Origin: Sedimenticola sp.
Lineage (GTDB): Bacteria > Pseudomonadota > Gammaproteobacteria > Chromatiales > Chromatiaceae
Direction of reading: 5' to 3'
Assembly (NCBI GenBank): GCA_027083925.1
Contig: JALWMK010000033.1
Coordinates: 211-64,210 of the forward strand
Length of the DNA stretch: 64,000 nucleotides
Numbering within the stretch: position 1 is the first letter of the stretch; each line of letters begins with the position of its first letter. Shown piece after piece: positions 14,202-23,377 of this stretch. Both the position numbers and the translations under genes were made by a program. The notes beneath the pieces are model-generated. The model ran no database searches. It was not told where the DNA came from and saw only the letters and a list, made by a program, of their open reading frames with translations.

Positions 14202-16103
14202 ATGAAGCAAACAGAATCTATACATACGATCGGCGGCCGTTTGGCGGCGATGCTGTTTTCGCTACTGGTGTTGCTGCTCTTTGGCATGGCGGCTGTGGCC
14301 CAGGCTGATGCCGGCATGGGTGGTACCCAGGAACGTATTGCGCCAATTGGCGAAGTGCGCCTGGCGGGGCAGCCGCCAGTTGAGGTGTCTGCAGAACCTG
14401 CCGCCATCCAGGAGCAGGAGACGCAGCTCAAGGCGGCGCCCCGGCCTGGCCGTTCCGATTATCCCAATGTCGGTGTCAGCAGCAGGGCCATCGTATGGGT
14501 TCTGGGCCAGATGCATCTGTTCTTTGGCGCGCTGGTACTGGCGGTACCCCTGTTTGTGCTGTTGATCGAACTGGTCGGGGTGTACACCCGTGATGACCGC
14601 TATGACGACATGGCGCATGAGTTCATGAAGATCAGCCTCACGGGTTTTTCCATAACCGCCATCTTTGGTGGGTCGCTGGCCCTGGCGCTGTTCCTGCTCT
14701 ATCCGGATCTGATGGGCTATTTGATGAATGTGTTTGGCGCCCAGTGGCTGGTATATGCGGGACTGTTCTTTTTTGAGAGTTTCTTTTTATACATTTACTA
14801 TTATGGGTGGAATGCGCTCCGTTATGGAAACCTGAAATGGGTGCATCTCACCCTGGGGCTGTTGTTGAATGCATCGGGCCTGACGATTATGGTGCTGGCC
14901 AATTCATGGGCGACTTTCATGATGGCGCCATCGGGAGTGAACGAGGTCGGTGCGGTTGTCGGCAATATCTGGGAGGTGATGAAAGGACCCTTGTGGAATC
15001 CCATCAACCTGCACCGTTTCATCGCAAACATTGCCTTTGGTGGTGCGGTGGTCGGCGCATACGCGGCGTTCAAGTTTCTCAGCGCCAAGGATCCGGTCAA
15101 GCGCGCCCATTATGACTGGATGGGTTATACCTCGAACTTCATCGCGATTCTGTCCTTCCTGCCGTTGCCTTTCGCGGGATATTGGCTGATGGCGGAGATC
15201 TATGCCTACTCGCAGCAGATGGGTATTACCGCCATGGGTGGTATTTTAGCCTGGCTGTTTATCGTGCAGGCGGTGCTTATCGGCACGATTTTGCTGGCGG
15301 GCAATTTCTACCTGTGGTCGGGGATGTCACGCACTGATGGTTCGGAACGCTACAAGGGGCTGATCAAGGTGATTGCCTTGGTGCTGGTGGTGAGCTTCCT
15401 GATCTGGGTAACGCCTCATACGCTGATCCTTTCCGCCTCGGAAATCTCTCTGCTGGGAGGGAGTCATCATCATATTCTCGGTCCTCTGGGCATCATGCCG
15501 GCAAAGAATATTGCGGTGAATCTGATGCTGATCGCAACTTTCCTTTCTTTCCAGCTCTATCGTCGTTCCGACAAGGTGGCCACGGTGCGCTGGGCGCCCA
15601 TGGGGAATGCGTTGATGGTTGCTGTGTATGTAGGTGCCGTGGTGAATATCATTTTCCTCGGCGTTTACTACGGCTACTTTACCAATACCGTGTACAAGGT
15701 GGGTTCTTCCGTTGCTCAGGTGGTTACCACCCTGGTGGTGATCGTTTTCGGGCTGGTTATCGATTCCCTGATGTTCAAGAAAGCCAAGGTTCTGCCGTCT
15801 CATTGGGGGCGCATTCCTGATCGTGCGCAGTATGCGTTGTTTGCGCTGCCTATTGCCTTTACCTGGCTTATGGCGCTGATGGGCTATGTGCGCTCTTCGG
15901 TAAAGACGCACTGGCATGTTTATACCGTAATGAAGGACAACTCGCCGGATAACTTCATTCCCACCATTGGCTATGCAGGAAACATGATCACCCTGGTGAC
16001 GGTGTTGTTCCTGCTGTGCGTACTGTTCATGTTCTGGGTGGCGAACCTGAGCGGCAGTAAACAGCCGAAGCCTGGCGCTGTCGCAGCCGGAGGTGAGGCA
16101 TGA
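14202..16103 (+). CDS. CydA-like membrane protein (cytochrome bd oxidase subunit I superfamily), no CydB partner
   Basis: 633-aa polytopic ORF. Segments align by eye to E. coli CydA: GQMHLFFGALVL (His19 region), GLFFFESFFLYIYYYGW (FFLESTF...FFFGW), LANSWATFMMAP (ANGWMQNP) and NLHRFIANIAFGG (His186 region). There is an extra N-terminal helix. The GRQPW signature is not recognisable (GYVRSSVKTHW). Confidence 0.8.
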   Translation: MKQTESIHTIGGRLAAMLFSLLVLLLFGMAAVAQADAGMGGTQERIAPIGEVRLAGQPPVEVSAEPAAIQEQETQLKAAPRPGRSDYPNVGVSSRAIVWVLGQMHLFFGALVLAVPLFVLLIELVGVYTRDDRYDDMAHEFMKISLTGFSITAIFGGSLALALFLLYPDLMGYLMNVFGAQWLVYAGLFFFESFFLYIYYYGWNALRYGNLKWVHLTLGLLLNASGLTIMVLANSWATFMMAPSGVNEVGAVVGNIWEVMKGPLWNPINLHRFIANIAFGGAVVGAYAAFKFLSAKDPVKRAHYDWMGYTSNFIAILSFLPLPFAGYWLMAEIYAYSQQMGITAMGGILAWLFIVQAVLIGTILLAGNFYLWSGMSRTDGSERYKGLIKVIALVLVVSFLIWVTPHTLILSASEISLLGGSHHHILGPLGIMPAKNIAVNLMLIATFLSFQLYRRSDKVATVRWAPMGNALMVAVYVGAVVNIIFLGVYYGYFTNTVYKVGSSVAQVVTTLVVIVFGLVIDSLMFKKAKVLPSHWGRIPDRAQYALFALPIAFTWLMALMGYVRSSVKTHWHVYTVMKDNSPDNFIPTIGYAGNMITLVTVLFLLCVLFMFWVANLSGSKQPKPGAVAAGGEA

Positions 16104-16933
16104 GCGTACTGTTAAAGACATTGGGCTTCAGCCTGGGACTGACCCTGCTCTTTACCTTGGTAACCTACCTGCTTCCCCAGGTAAAGGGTGAGGCCCCGGT
16201 GGAAAAGGCGGTGGATCTGGGTTCCCTGACCATGGAAAGCTTCATTGCCCTGGGGGACGAAATCTTCCACAACAAGGGTACCTGTACCCTGTGCCACCAG
16301 CCCGCACCCTTGGGACGAGCGCCGGATATTGGGGGAGAAGACATGGTAGCGCTTGCCAACAAGCATCTGGCCGATGAACGTTACCAGGGAGATGCAAAGA
16401 ATGCCGAGGAATATATCCGGGAATCCCTGCTTCATCCTGGCAAATATGTTGTCGCCGGTTGGGGGAAAAAAGGCAGCAACGATACCGAGTCTCCAATGCC
16501 TATGGTGGACAAGCCCCCCATACAGCTTACGCCGATAGAGATCGATGCCGTGATCGCCTGGTTGGAGGCAAAGGATGGTGGCGAGGTTACCGTGACTCTG
16601 CCCACAGCGGAAGCGGCAGCGGAAGTGGCTTCGGCAGCAACTGCCGACGACAGCGGCAAAGCTCCTGTCCTGGCGACAACAGCGGTAGAAGCACTTGCCA
16701 AATACGCCTGTACTTCCTGCCATGCAATGGACAGTAATGACGTCTTGGTTGGCCCGGGGTTGGTGGATATCGGCTCCCGCCTGAGCAAGGAAGAGCTGCG
16801 GCAAAGCATTGTTGAGCCGAATGCGGTGGTGGCTGAGGGCTTCCCGCCTGCCATGCCGCCTGATTTTGCATCCAAGATGACAGTGAGTGAGCTGGAGATG
16901 ATTGTCAACTATCTGGCGGAGAAGAAAGGATGA
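16100..16933 (+). CDS. membrane-anchored dihaem c-type cytochrome
   Basis: 277-aa ORF with an N-terminal hydrophobic anchor and two CXXCH motifs (CTLCH, CTSCH). ATGA overlap with the cydA-like stop. Confidence 0.85.
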   Translation: MSVLLKTLGFSLGLTLLFTLVTYLLPQVKGEAPVEKAVDLGSLTMESFIALGDEIFHNKGTCTLCHQPAPLGRAPDIGGEDMVALANKHLADERYQGDAKNAEEYIRESLLHPGKYVVAGWGKKGSNDTESPMPMVDKPPIQLTPIEIDAVIAWLEAKDGGEVTVTLPTAEAAAEVASAATADDSGKAPVLATTAVEALAKYACTSCHAMDSNDVLVGPGLVDIGSRLSKEELRQSIVEPNAVVAEGFPPAMPPDFASKMTVSELEMIVNYLAEKKG

Positions 16934-19359
16934 AAGGTTTCCGGATTACCGCATTCTGGCAAGCTTTGATTGCCGCTGTACTGGCATGGCTGATTTTCGA
17001 TAACGCCTTTCCTCCGGTGCTGCCGAAGACCCTGATGATCCAGTACATGATCATCACCATTATCGGCATCCTTTTGTATTTTGCCTTTGATGACAAGAAA
17101 TGGTCTGAATTCAAGGCTCCCATCCTGGCCACCCTGCAGGATGATGACAAGGCGTTGTTGCGCGGGTTCTTTCTCATAGCCATTCCCTTGCTGGCGGCCT
17201 ATGTGACCTATGGCGTGGTCAAGCCGTCGCTTGAGGCGCCGGTGGAACTGCGCCAGGTACATCCCGCGCCCCCCTCCGCAGTCAGGGCATACAACAAGAC
17301 CTTTGATCTGGCAACACTGGAGAATCCGGTACGCCATGATATTCTGGATGCCCTGGCGAAGGACAAGGAAGCGGGCTGGAGCAAATACCATGAATCAGTA
17401 GCCGCAGGACGGGATGTCTACTACACAAACTGTTTCTATTGCCACGGTGATCTGCTGGATGGCAAGGGACAATATGCCCATGGCTTCAGCCCCCAGCCGA
17501 TCAATTTTCAGGATCCTACTGTCATCCCGCAATTGCAGGAATCTTTCCTGTTCTGGCGCATTGTTACTGGTGGCCCGGGGCTGCCGGTAGAAGGCACGCC
17601 CTGGAATTCCGCCATGCCCGTATGGCATGAAATGCTGGAAGAGAACGATGTCTGGAATGTGATCAATTTTATCTTTGATTACAACGGGCAAGTGCCGCGC
17701 ATCTGGGACCCCGAAATTTCCAGAACCGTAACCGGCATGAAAGATGAAGTGCTGGCTCGCCGCAAGAACATCATGGGCAAGGAGTTGTACCAATTTCGCT
17801 GTGAGGTCTGCCATGGTGAGAACGGTGTCGGTGATGGCGTAGCGGCAGAGTTCATGTACCCCAAGCCCCGTGATTTCAGTCTGGGTCTGTTTAAGTACAA
17901 AAGCTCTCCGGGCACCCAGTTACCCCGGGATGAGGATCTGTTTAACACGATAAAAACCGGACTGCCCGGCACAGCTATGCCTGGCTGGGGTCTCAAGGGG
18001 CGCGCCCTGCTCACCGACGAGCAGATTCGCAGCCTGATCCCGGTGATCAAGGGCTTTGACATCACTATGGCCTGGCCGCCAGAGGATGCAGATGAGGAAG
18101 CCTTTGATGATGACGGTTTCTATACCAAAACGGATTTCCGGGTGATCACCGGGGTCGAGCCGATAACTGGGCAGATTGCCTATTCCGAAGAATCGGTGGA
18201 AAAAGGCAGGCTGGCGTTCCTAAAGTCCTGTTCCGAATGTCATGGTGATGATGGCAGGGGCAATATTCAGTCCGGGAAAAAGCTGGAGGATGACTGGGGT
18301 AACCGTATCTGGCCACGGAATCTGACCAAGCCCTGGACCTGGCGCGCTACCCAGTCACTGGCCGCCACCGATAAAGAGCGGGATGAGACCATCAAGGCGA
18401 TCTATGCCCGACTGTCCATCGGCATTCCCGGTACGCCCATGCCCGCGCATCGCGCCCTGGAAGAAGGCAACCCGGATCCGGTGCGCCTGGAAGACCGCTG
18501 GCATATCTCCAACTTCGTGTACAGCCTGCGGGAAACTGCAGTTCAGCCCCAGGATGCTCCTGTTGTCAGCAGCAAGAAGCTGGAGGCCGATCTGCCATCG
18601 ACTGTAGATGATGAGCGATGGGCTGAGGCGCCGCCGGTAACCCTGCACCTGGTTCCCAACGTGATCAAGGAGGATCGTTTGTTCACCCCGCTGAACGACG
18701 CAGTTACTGTGCGTGTGTTGTATAACGATGAGGAAATCGCCTTCCTGCTGGAGGTGGATGATCGCACCATGAGTGTGCCGGGAGATAAGTATTTTACTGA
18801 ACTGCAGGACGAGAATCTGGAAATGCACCCGGATGCATTCGCCATACAGTTTCCCCATGAAGATGCCTACACGTCTGCACCCATGGTAAGGAAGCCGCTG
18901 TACCGCCATGGTGATGCCAAGCATAAAACCACCATTTGGTACTGGAATGCGGGCAGCCTGGAACCGAAGAGAGACCCCGTTGCCATGCTGCTGGATGGCA
19001 CAGGCCCGGACAACAAACTCAAACCCCGGGAGAAAGAAGCCAGCCTCAGCGCCACCGGTGAGTGGCAGGGAGGGCGTTGGCAGGTGCTGATGAAACGTCC
19101 CAGATATGCCGCAAATGGTGATGTATTGTTCGATGAAGGGCAGTTTATTCCTGTATCATTTGCCAACTGGGACGGCAGCAACGGGGAGGCTGGAGGCAGA
19201 CATACCCTGACTACCTGGTACTGGCTGATACTGCCGCCGGAAACGAATGTACTGAAAGTGTATGGGGTGCCGGCTGGTATTGGATTTCTGGTGTTTCTTG
19301 CCGGAGTGCTGCTGGTGCGGTCACAGCGTAAGGAACAAATCAACCCAGCCACCAAATAG
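16930..19359 (+). CDS. trihaem c-type cytochrome fused to an EB_dh/DOMON-like (ethylbenzene dehydrogenase gamma-type haem b) domain, with N- and C-terminal membrane anchors
   Basis: 809-aa ORF. Three N-terminal hydrophobic helices and the motifs CFYCH, CEVCH and CSECH. The C-terminal ~200 aa fit the EB_dh pattern (DERWAEAPPVTL...DAFAIQFP...TIWYWNAG...GRWQVLMKRP...VSFANWDG). Terminal helix GIGFLVFLAGVLLV. ATGA overlap with the upstream gene. Confidence 0.75.
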   Translation: MKGFRITAFWQALIAAVLAWLIFDNAFPPVLPKTLMIQYMIITIIGILLYFAFDDKKWSEFKAPILATLQDDDKALLRGFFLIAIPLLAAYVTYGVVKPSLEAPVELRQVHPAPPSAVRAYNKTFDLATLENPVRHDILDALAKDKEAGWSKYHESVAAGRDVYYTNCFYCHGDLLDGKGQYAHGFSPQPINFQDPTVIPQLQESFLFWRIVTGGPGLPVEGTPWNSAMPVWHEMLEENDVWNVINFIFDYNGQVPRIWDPEISRTVTGMKDEVLARRKNIMGKELYQFRCEVCHGENGVGDGVAAEFMYPKPRDFSLGLFKYKSSPGTQLPRDEDLFNTIKTGLPGTAMPGWGLKGRALLTDEQIRSLIPVIKGFDITMAWPPEDADEEAFDDDGFYTKTDFRVITGVEPITGQIAYSEESVEKGRLAFLKSCSECHGDDGRGNIQSGKKLEDDWGNRIWPRNLTKPWTWRATQSLAATDKERDETIKAIYARLSIGIPGTPMPAHRALEEGNPDPVRLEDRWHISNFVYSLRETAVQPQDAPVVSSKKLEADLPSTVDDERWAEAPPVTLHLVPNVIKEDRLFTPLNDAVTVRVLYNDEEIAFLLEVDDRTMSVPGDKYFTELQDENLEMHPDAFAIQFPHEDAYTSAPMVRKPLYRHGDAKHKTTIWYWNAGSLEPKRDPVAMLLDGTGPDNKLKPREKEASLSATGEWQGGRWQVLMKRPRYAANGDVLFDEGQFIPVSFANWDGSNGEAGGRHTLTTWYWLILPPETNVLKVYGVPAGIGFLVFLAGVLLVRSQRKEQINPATK

Positions 19360-19414
19360 GTCGTCCTCAGTGCTTCAAACAGGACGGCTGAGGGCGATAT
19401 ATTTGGTGGCCGGG
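19360..19414. repeat. short copy of a dispersed palindromic element (partner at 51730-51913)
   Basis: GGCTGAGGGCGATATATTTGGTGGCCGGG is identical at 19386-19414 and 51885-51913. GTGCTTCAAACAGGACG (19370-19386) is present inverted at 51746-51762. It starts right after a stop codon. Confidence 0.8.
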
Positions 19415-19437
19415 TAAATAGCTACATCGAGAAACTT

Positions 19438-20034
19438 ATGATTTGCAAAACCGTATTGCTGGTTTTTTGGCTGCTGTGGATGCCCTTGTTGCAGGCTGAC
19501 AGCCAGCTTGGGGAGGATGCGGCAGTACCTGGAATTATCGAGGCGCCCCCCGGGGGCGACTTTCTCCTGCATACCAGCAAGGGGTCTTTTTCCCTGAAGG
19601 ACTATCGGGGCAAGGTGGTGTTGCTGTATTTCGGCTACACCAAATGTCCGGATGTTTGCCCGACCTCTCTTTCCTATTTGGCACAGGCGTTCAATGAGCT
19701 CAATGATGACGAGCTGAAAAAGGTCGTTGGTGTTTTTGTCAGTGTTGACCCCAAAAGGGATACCTTTGAGTTGCTGGATGAATATGTGCAATACTTTCAT
19801 CCCAATTTCATTGGTGTCACCGGCAGTGAAAAAGAGCTTTCTGCTGCTGCAGCGCTGTATGGCGCCCAATACTATGAAGTAGAGCTAGAAGACTCGGCCT
19901 TTGGCTATGCGGTCAATCACTCTGCCGCCACCTACCTGATTGCACCGAACGGGGAGCTGCGCTTTATTTTTCCGCACGCTACATCGCCGATGGTGATCAG
20001 TGAGGCCATTCGTTATGTGATGGATGGGAATTAG
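19438..20034 (+). CDS. SCO1/SenC family copper chaperone (thioredoxin fold)
   Basis: 198-aa ORF with an N-terminal anchor, the CPDVCP (CxxxC) motif and a downstream conserved His (AVNHSAATYLI). Confidence 0.9.
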   Translation: MICKTVLLVFWLLWMPLLQADSQLGEDAAVPGIIEAPPGGDFLLHTSKGSFSLKDYRGKVVLLYFGYTKCPDVCPTSLSYLAQAFNELNDDELKKVVGVFVSVDPKRDTFELLDEYVQYFHPNFIGVTGSEKELSAAAALYGAQYYEVELEDSAFGYAVNHSAATYLIAPNGELRFIFPHATSPMVISEAIRYVMDGN

Positions 20035-20068
20035 TCCCGAGATCTACCCACAACTGATGGGCGCAGAG

Positions 20069-20135
20069 GGCGCAAGCTCTTGATCTTAATTATTTTCCTC
20101 ATTCTGCGTCGGCGCTTGGCGCAAGCTCTTGATCT
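20069..20135. repeat. two direct copies of GGCGCAAGCTCTTGATCT, 49 nt apart
   Basis: Exact 18-mers at 20069-20086 and 20118-20135. A 15/16 match in inverted orientation (GATCAAGCGCTTGCGC) lies at 54519-54534. Confidence 0.8.
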
Positions 20136-20260
20136 CCCATTGAAACATTCTCCCGTTTTCCAGGCGGCATACATCATCCAGGTAACCGTTTTTTCTGAAT
20201 AAATTGGTGCCTTGTCTCCCGGTGGTAGAACGATTTATTCAACACAAAACCTGTGGGCTT

Positions 20261-20274
20261 TTGATTTGGCTCAA
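20261..20274. promoter_or_regulatory. FNR/CRP-family-like box TTGAT-N4-CTCAA
   Basis: TTGATTTGGCTCAA matches 9/10 specified positions of TTGAT-N4-ATCAA. It lies ~166 nt upstream of the first peroxidase ATG. Confidence 0.3.
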
Positions 20275-20439
20275 CAACATTGAGCTAAAGCATGGTTTTG
20301 ACAGGCTTTGATGGAACTTTCTGAAACTGGTCTGTTTCGTGCATGGAGTTAGCCAGGCTGTCGGCTGCTTTTGAGTTTTGGTTGTTGCAACCAAGCCCTT
20401 TACTGTCGGCAAATTAACAATAGACCTGGAGGAAATCCA

Positions 20440-21546
20440 ATGGTTGTAAGAGTCTCAACGGGGCGCGCTTTACTGGCCGCCACACTGGGGGTCGGAATGG
20501 CAGTAACAGCGCAAGCTGCCAGCTATCCGGATATCGGACCCTTACCGCAGTTAAAAGTCGACAAGGCAAAAGCCGAGCTGGGCAAGCGCCTGTTCTTTGA
20601 TGTGCGCTTGTCGGGTGATGCTGGCATCTCCTGTGCCGATTGTCATGTGCCAGAAAAGGCGTATGCCAGCAAGGAGGCACTGTCTCCGGGCTACCCTGGA
20701 AACGGGCATTTTCGCAATGCCTCTTCCTTGGTGAATACGGCCCACAAGAACATCTGGAACTGGGATGGCCGTATCGGCACCAACCTCAATGACATGACCC
20801 GTGAGATGATCACGGAAGACTACATCATGAACATGGACATGCGTATCATGCAGGAGCGCTTGAAGCAGGATCCTCTGTACGTCAAGATGTTCAAGGACGC
20901 AGGTTATGGTGAGCCTTCCAATGGCTCTGTGCGCAAGGCGATTCCCGAATATCTGAAAACCCTCACTTCTACCGGCTCCCCGTTTGACAAGGGCACAATG
21001 TCTGCTTCTGCAAAACGTGGCATGAAATTGTTCAAGGGCAAGGCGGGCTGTATTCAGTGCCACAATGGCCCCTTGCTAAGCGATCTGAAGCCCCACAATA
21101 CTGGTGTTCCGGAGAATTTCGATGTATTCCTGGATCCGATGAATCACCAGGCCTTCATGGCCTTTACCATGTTCCAGGGTGTGCCAGACTACAGGAATCT
21201 GAAGCGAGATCCGGGATACTTCAATGTGACCCTGGAGAAGCAGGACATGGGCAAGTTCATCACCCCATCCCTGCGGGAACTCAAGTACAGTGCTCCGTAC
21301 ATGCACAATGGCATGATCAAAACCCTGTCCGAAGTGGTCGGGTTCTACAATGCTGGTGGAGGGAAGGATCGCAACAAGAGCAAGAAGCTCAAGCCTCTTG
21401 GTCTGAGCGCCAATGAACAGAAAGATCTGGTGGCGTTTCTAGAGGCTCTTTCCGGTGATCCGCTGACCAGCCCCAAATACGTATGGGATCAGCCCTATCC
21501 GGCAGAGTATCCTGTAATCGAAAATTGGACGCAGGTCCGTAACTAA
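20440..21546 (+). CDS. dihaem cytochrome c peroxidase (CCP/MauG family; IdrP-like by context)
   Basis: SD GGAGGA then ATG at 20440 and a signal peptide (…AVTAQAASY). Motifs CADCH and CIQCH, plus the PYMHNG Met-ligand region. The longer track ORF from 20371 lacks a plausible start context. Confidence 0.9.
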   Translation: MVVRVSTGRALLAATLGVGMAVTAQAASYPDIGPLPQLKVDKAKAELGKRLFFDVRLSGDAGISCADCHVPEKAYASKEALSPGYPGNGHFRNASSLVNTAHKNIWNWDGRIGTNLNDMTREMITEDYIMNMDMRIMQERLKQDPLYVKMFKDAGYGEPSNGSVRKAIPEYLKTLTSTGSPFDKGTMSASAKRGMKLFKGKAGCIQCHNGPLLSDLKPHNTGVPENFDVFLDPMNHQAFMAFTMFQGVPDYRNLKRDPGYFNVTLEKQDMGKFITPSLRELKYSAPYMHNGMIKTLSEVVGFYNAGGGKDRNKSKKLKPLGLSANEQKDLVAFLEALSGDPLTSPKYVWDQPYPAEYPVIENWTQVRN

Positions 21547-21561
21547 TTCGAGGAGAATGTC

Positions 21562-22788
21562 ATGAGTATAAAGAAAATCGCTCCTACCCTCGTTGCGGTT
21601 GCCGTTGCGACTGTACTGACAGCCTGTCAGGCGCAGGAGACCAAAACGGGAAGCGCTGTATCCGGAAAATCCATGGCTGCCAAGACCGCGCAATCCGGCC
21701 CGCCGCCGCTGGCTCCCCTGGGTGCGCCGCCGATACCGCCGGACAACAAACAGACGCCTGCCAAGATCGAACTGGGCAAGATACTGTTTTTTGATCCCCG
21801 TCTTGGCGGTGATGCCTCTACCGGCTGTTCCACCTGCCATGAGCCTGACCAGGGTTGGGCGTGGGCGGAAGATTTTTCCCGCGGTTATCCTGGTACGGTT
21901 CACTGGCGCAACAGCCAGACCATCATCAACAGCGCTTATTATGCGCGTAACTTCTGGGCAGGTTCTGTGCCTTCGCTGGAGAAACAAGCGCCTTCCGCCG
22001 CCAAGGGAGGTGTAGCCGGTAACGGTGAAAACGATATCATGGAATCCCGCCTGGCGCTGATTCCCGGATACCGCAAGCGCTTCAAAGAAGTGTTTGGCAC
22101 TGAATGGCCGTTGATCGGCGACGCCTGGAGAGCCATTGCCGCATTCGAGCGCACCCTGGTGCAACGGGATACCCCGCTGGACAAGTACCTGCTGGGCGAC
22201 AAGAACGCCCTGACCGAACAACAGGTGCAGGGCATGGCGTTATTCAACGGCAAGGCAGGCTGTATCCAGTGCCACAATGGCGAACTGGCTTCGGATCAGG
22301 ACTATTACAACATAGGTGTTCCACCGAACAAACGCTGGGAAGAAGATGGTCTGGCTCAGGTTACCTTCCGCTTTGAGCTTTATGCCAAAGGAATGACCGA
22401 AGAAGGGTATCGAACCACCAAGGCCGATCCTGGCTTCTATTTCCGCGGCAAAAACACATGGGACAAAGGCAAGTTCCGTACTCCATCGCTGCGCTATACG
22501 GCATTCACCGCGCCCTATATGCATAACGGGATCTTCTACACTATGGAAGATGTGGTGGATTTCTACAATCGCGGCGGCTTCGATGAAGATGGCCGTACCA
22601 CTGCCTTTGCCGAAAACAAATCCAAATTGATCAAACCCCTTGGTTTGACGGATGAAGAGAAAGAGAATCTGGTAGCGTTCCTGGAAGCCTTCTCTGGTGA
22701 GGAAATGCTGATGGAGAAGCCGGCAATGCCGGAATATGCGCCTCTGTTCACCAGGGCTGAACTGGAAGCTGCACAGGAGGAAAAATAA
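21562..22788 (+). CDS. dihaem cytochrome c peroxidase, lipoprotein-type signal (second CCP; IdrP-like by context)
   Basis: 408-aa ORF with SD AGGAG, a lipobox LTAC, the motifs CSTCH and CIQCH, and PYMHNG. Confidence 0.9.
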   Translation: MSIKKIAPTLVAVAVATVLTACQAQETKTGSAVSGKSMAAKTAQSGPPPLAPLGAPPIPPDNKQTPAKIELGKILFFDPRLGGDASTGCSTCHEPDQGWAWAEDFSRGYPGTVHWRNSQTIINSAYYARNFWAGSVPSLEKQAPSAAKGGVAGNGENDIMESRLALIPGYRKRFKEVFGTEWPLIGDAWRAIAAFERTLVQRDTPLDKYLLGDKNALTEQQVQGMALFNGKAGCIQCHNGELASDQDYYNIGVPPNKRWEEDGLAQVTFRFELYAKGMTEEGYRTTKADPGFYFRGKNTWDKGKFRTPSLRYTAFTAPYMHNGIFYTMEDVVDFYNRGGFDEDGRTTAFAENKSKLIKPLGLTDEEKENLVAFLEAFSGEEMLMEKPAMPEYAPLFTRAELEAAQEEK

Positions 22789-23363
22789 TGAGCGATACAA
22801 AGAAAAAAGATGAAACAGCGGCTGACCATGGTCGATGCATGTTGAATCGCCGGCAGTTTCTGATGTACTCAGGTACTACGGCTGTAGCTGCCAGCACCAT
22901 ATCTATCAGCCTTTTCCCGGGTGAGGCTCAGGCCAAGGCGCGGGTGGTAACTTATCCGCGCATGAAGGTCGCTCGCCTGAGTGAGCTAAAAGATAACCAG
23001 CCAGTGGATTTCAACTATCCTGACGATGGCCCCAACTCCCAATGCTTCGTCGTAAAGATGGACGGCGCCAAGGCTGGTGGTGGTGTTGGTTCCCAGCGTG
23101 ATGTGGTGGCATTCAGCTACCTTTGTACGCACCAGGGTGGTCCGATGAATGGTAAATATCAGGCCGTGGGCGAGCACCGTGTGCTGGGGCAGTGCCCCTT
23201 GCACTTGTCCACCTATGATTTGACCCGCCACGGGATTATCGTGTCCGGGCAGGCTTACCAGAGTATCCCTCAGGTATTACTGGAGGTCGATGGCGATGAT
23301 ATATACGCCGTTGGCATTATGGGGCTGTTGTTCGGCCGTAACGAAAACCTGATGGATACCTAG
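22788..23363 (+). CDS. Rieske [2Fe-2S] small subunit of AioB/IdrB family, Tat-exported
   Basis: 191-aa ORF with the twin-arginine motif NRRQFLMY and the Rieske motifs CTHQGG and CPLH. TAATG overlap with the upstream CCP. Confidence 0.85.
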   Translation: MSDTKKKDETAADHGRCMLNRRQFLMYSGTTAVAASTISISLFPGEAQAKARVVTYPRMKVARLSELKDNQPVDFNYPDDGPNSQCFVVKMDGAKAGGGVGSQRDVVAFSYLCTHQGGPMNGKYQAVGEHRVLGQCPLHLSTYDLTRHGIIVSGQAYQSIPQVLLEVDGDDIYAVGIMGLLFGRNENLMDT

Positions 23364-23377
23364 GGAGGATATATAAG

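Noticed and set aside
15327-16121. 264-aa minus-strand ORF inside the CydA-like gene
   Set aside because: It is His/Arg/Gln-rich and antisense to a clearly polytopic membrane protein frame.
20371-20439. N-terminal extension of the first peroxidase ORF (track start 20371)
   Set aside because: The extension precedes a strong SD (GGAGGA) plus an ATG at 20440, after which a standard signal peptide begins. The extension itself (SFGCCNQALYCRQINNRPGGNP) looks non-coding.
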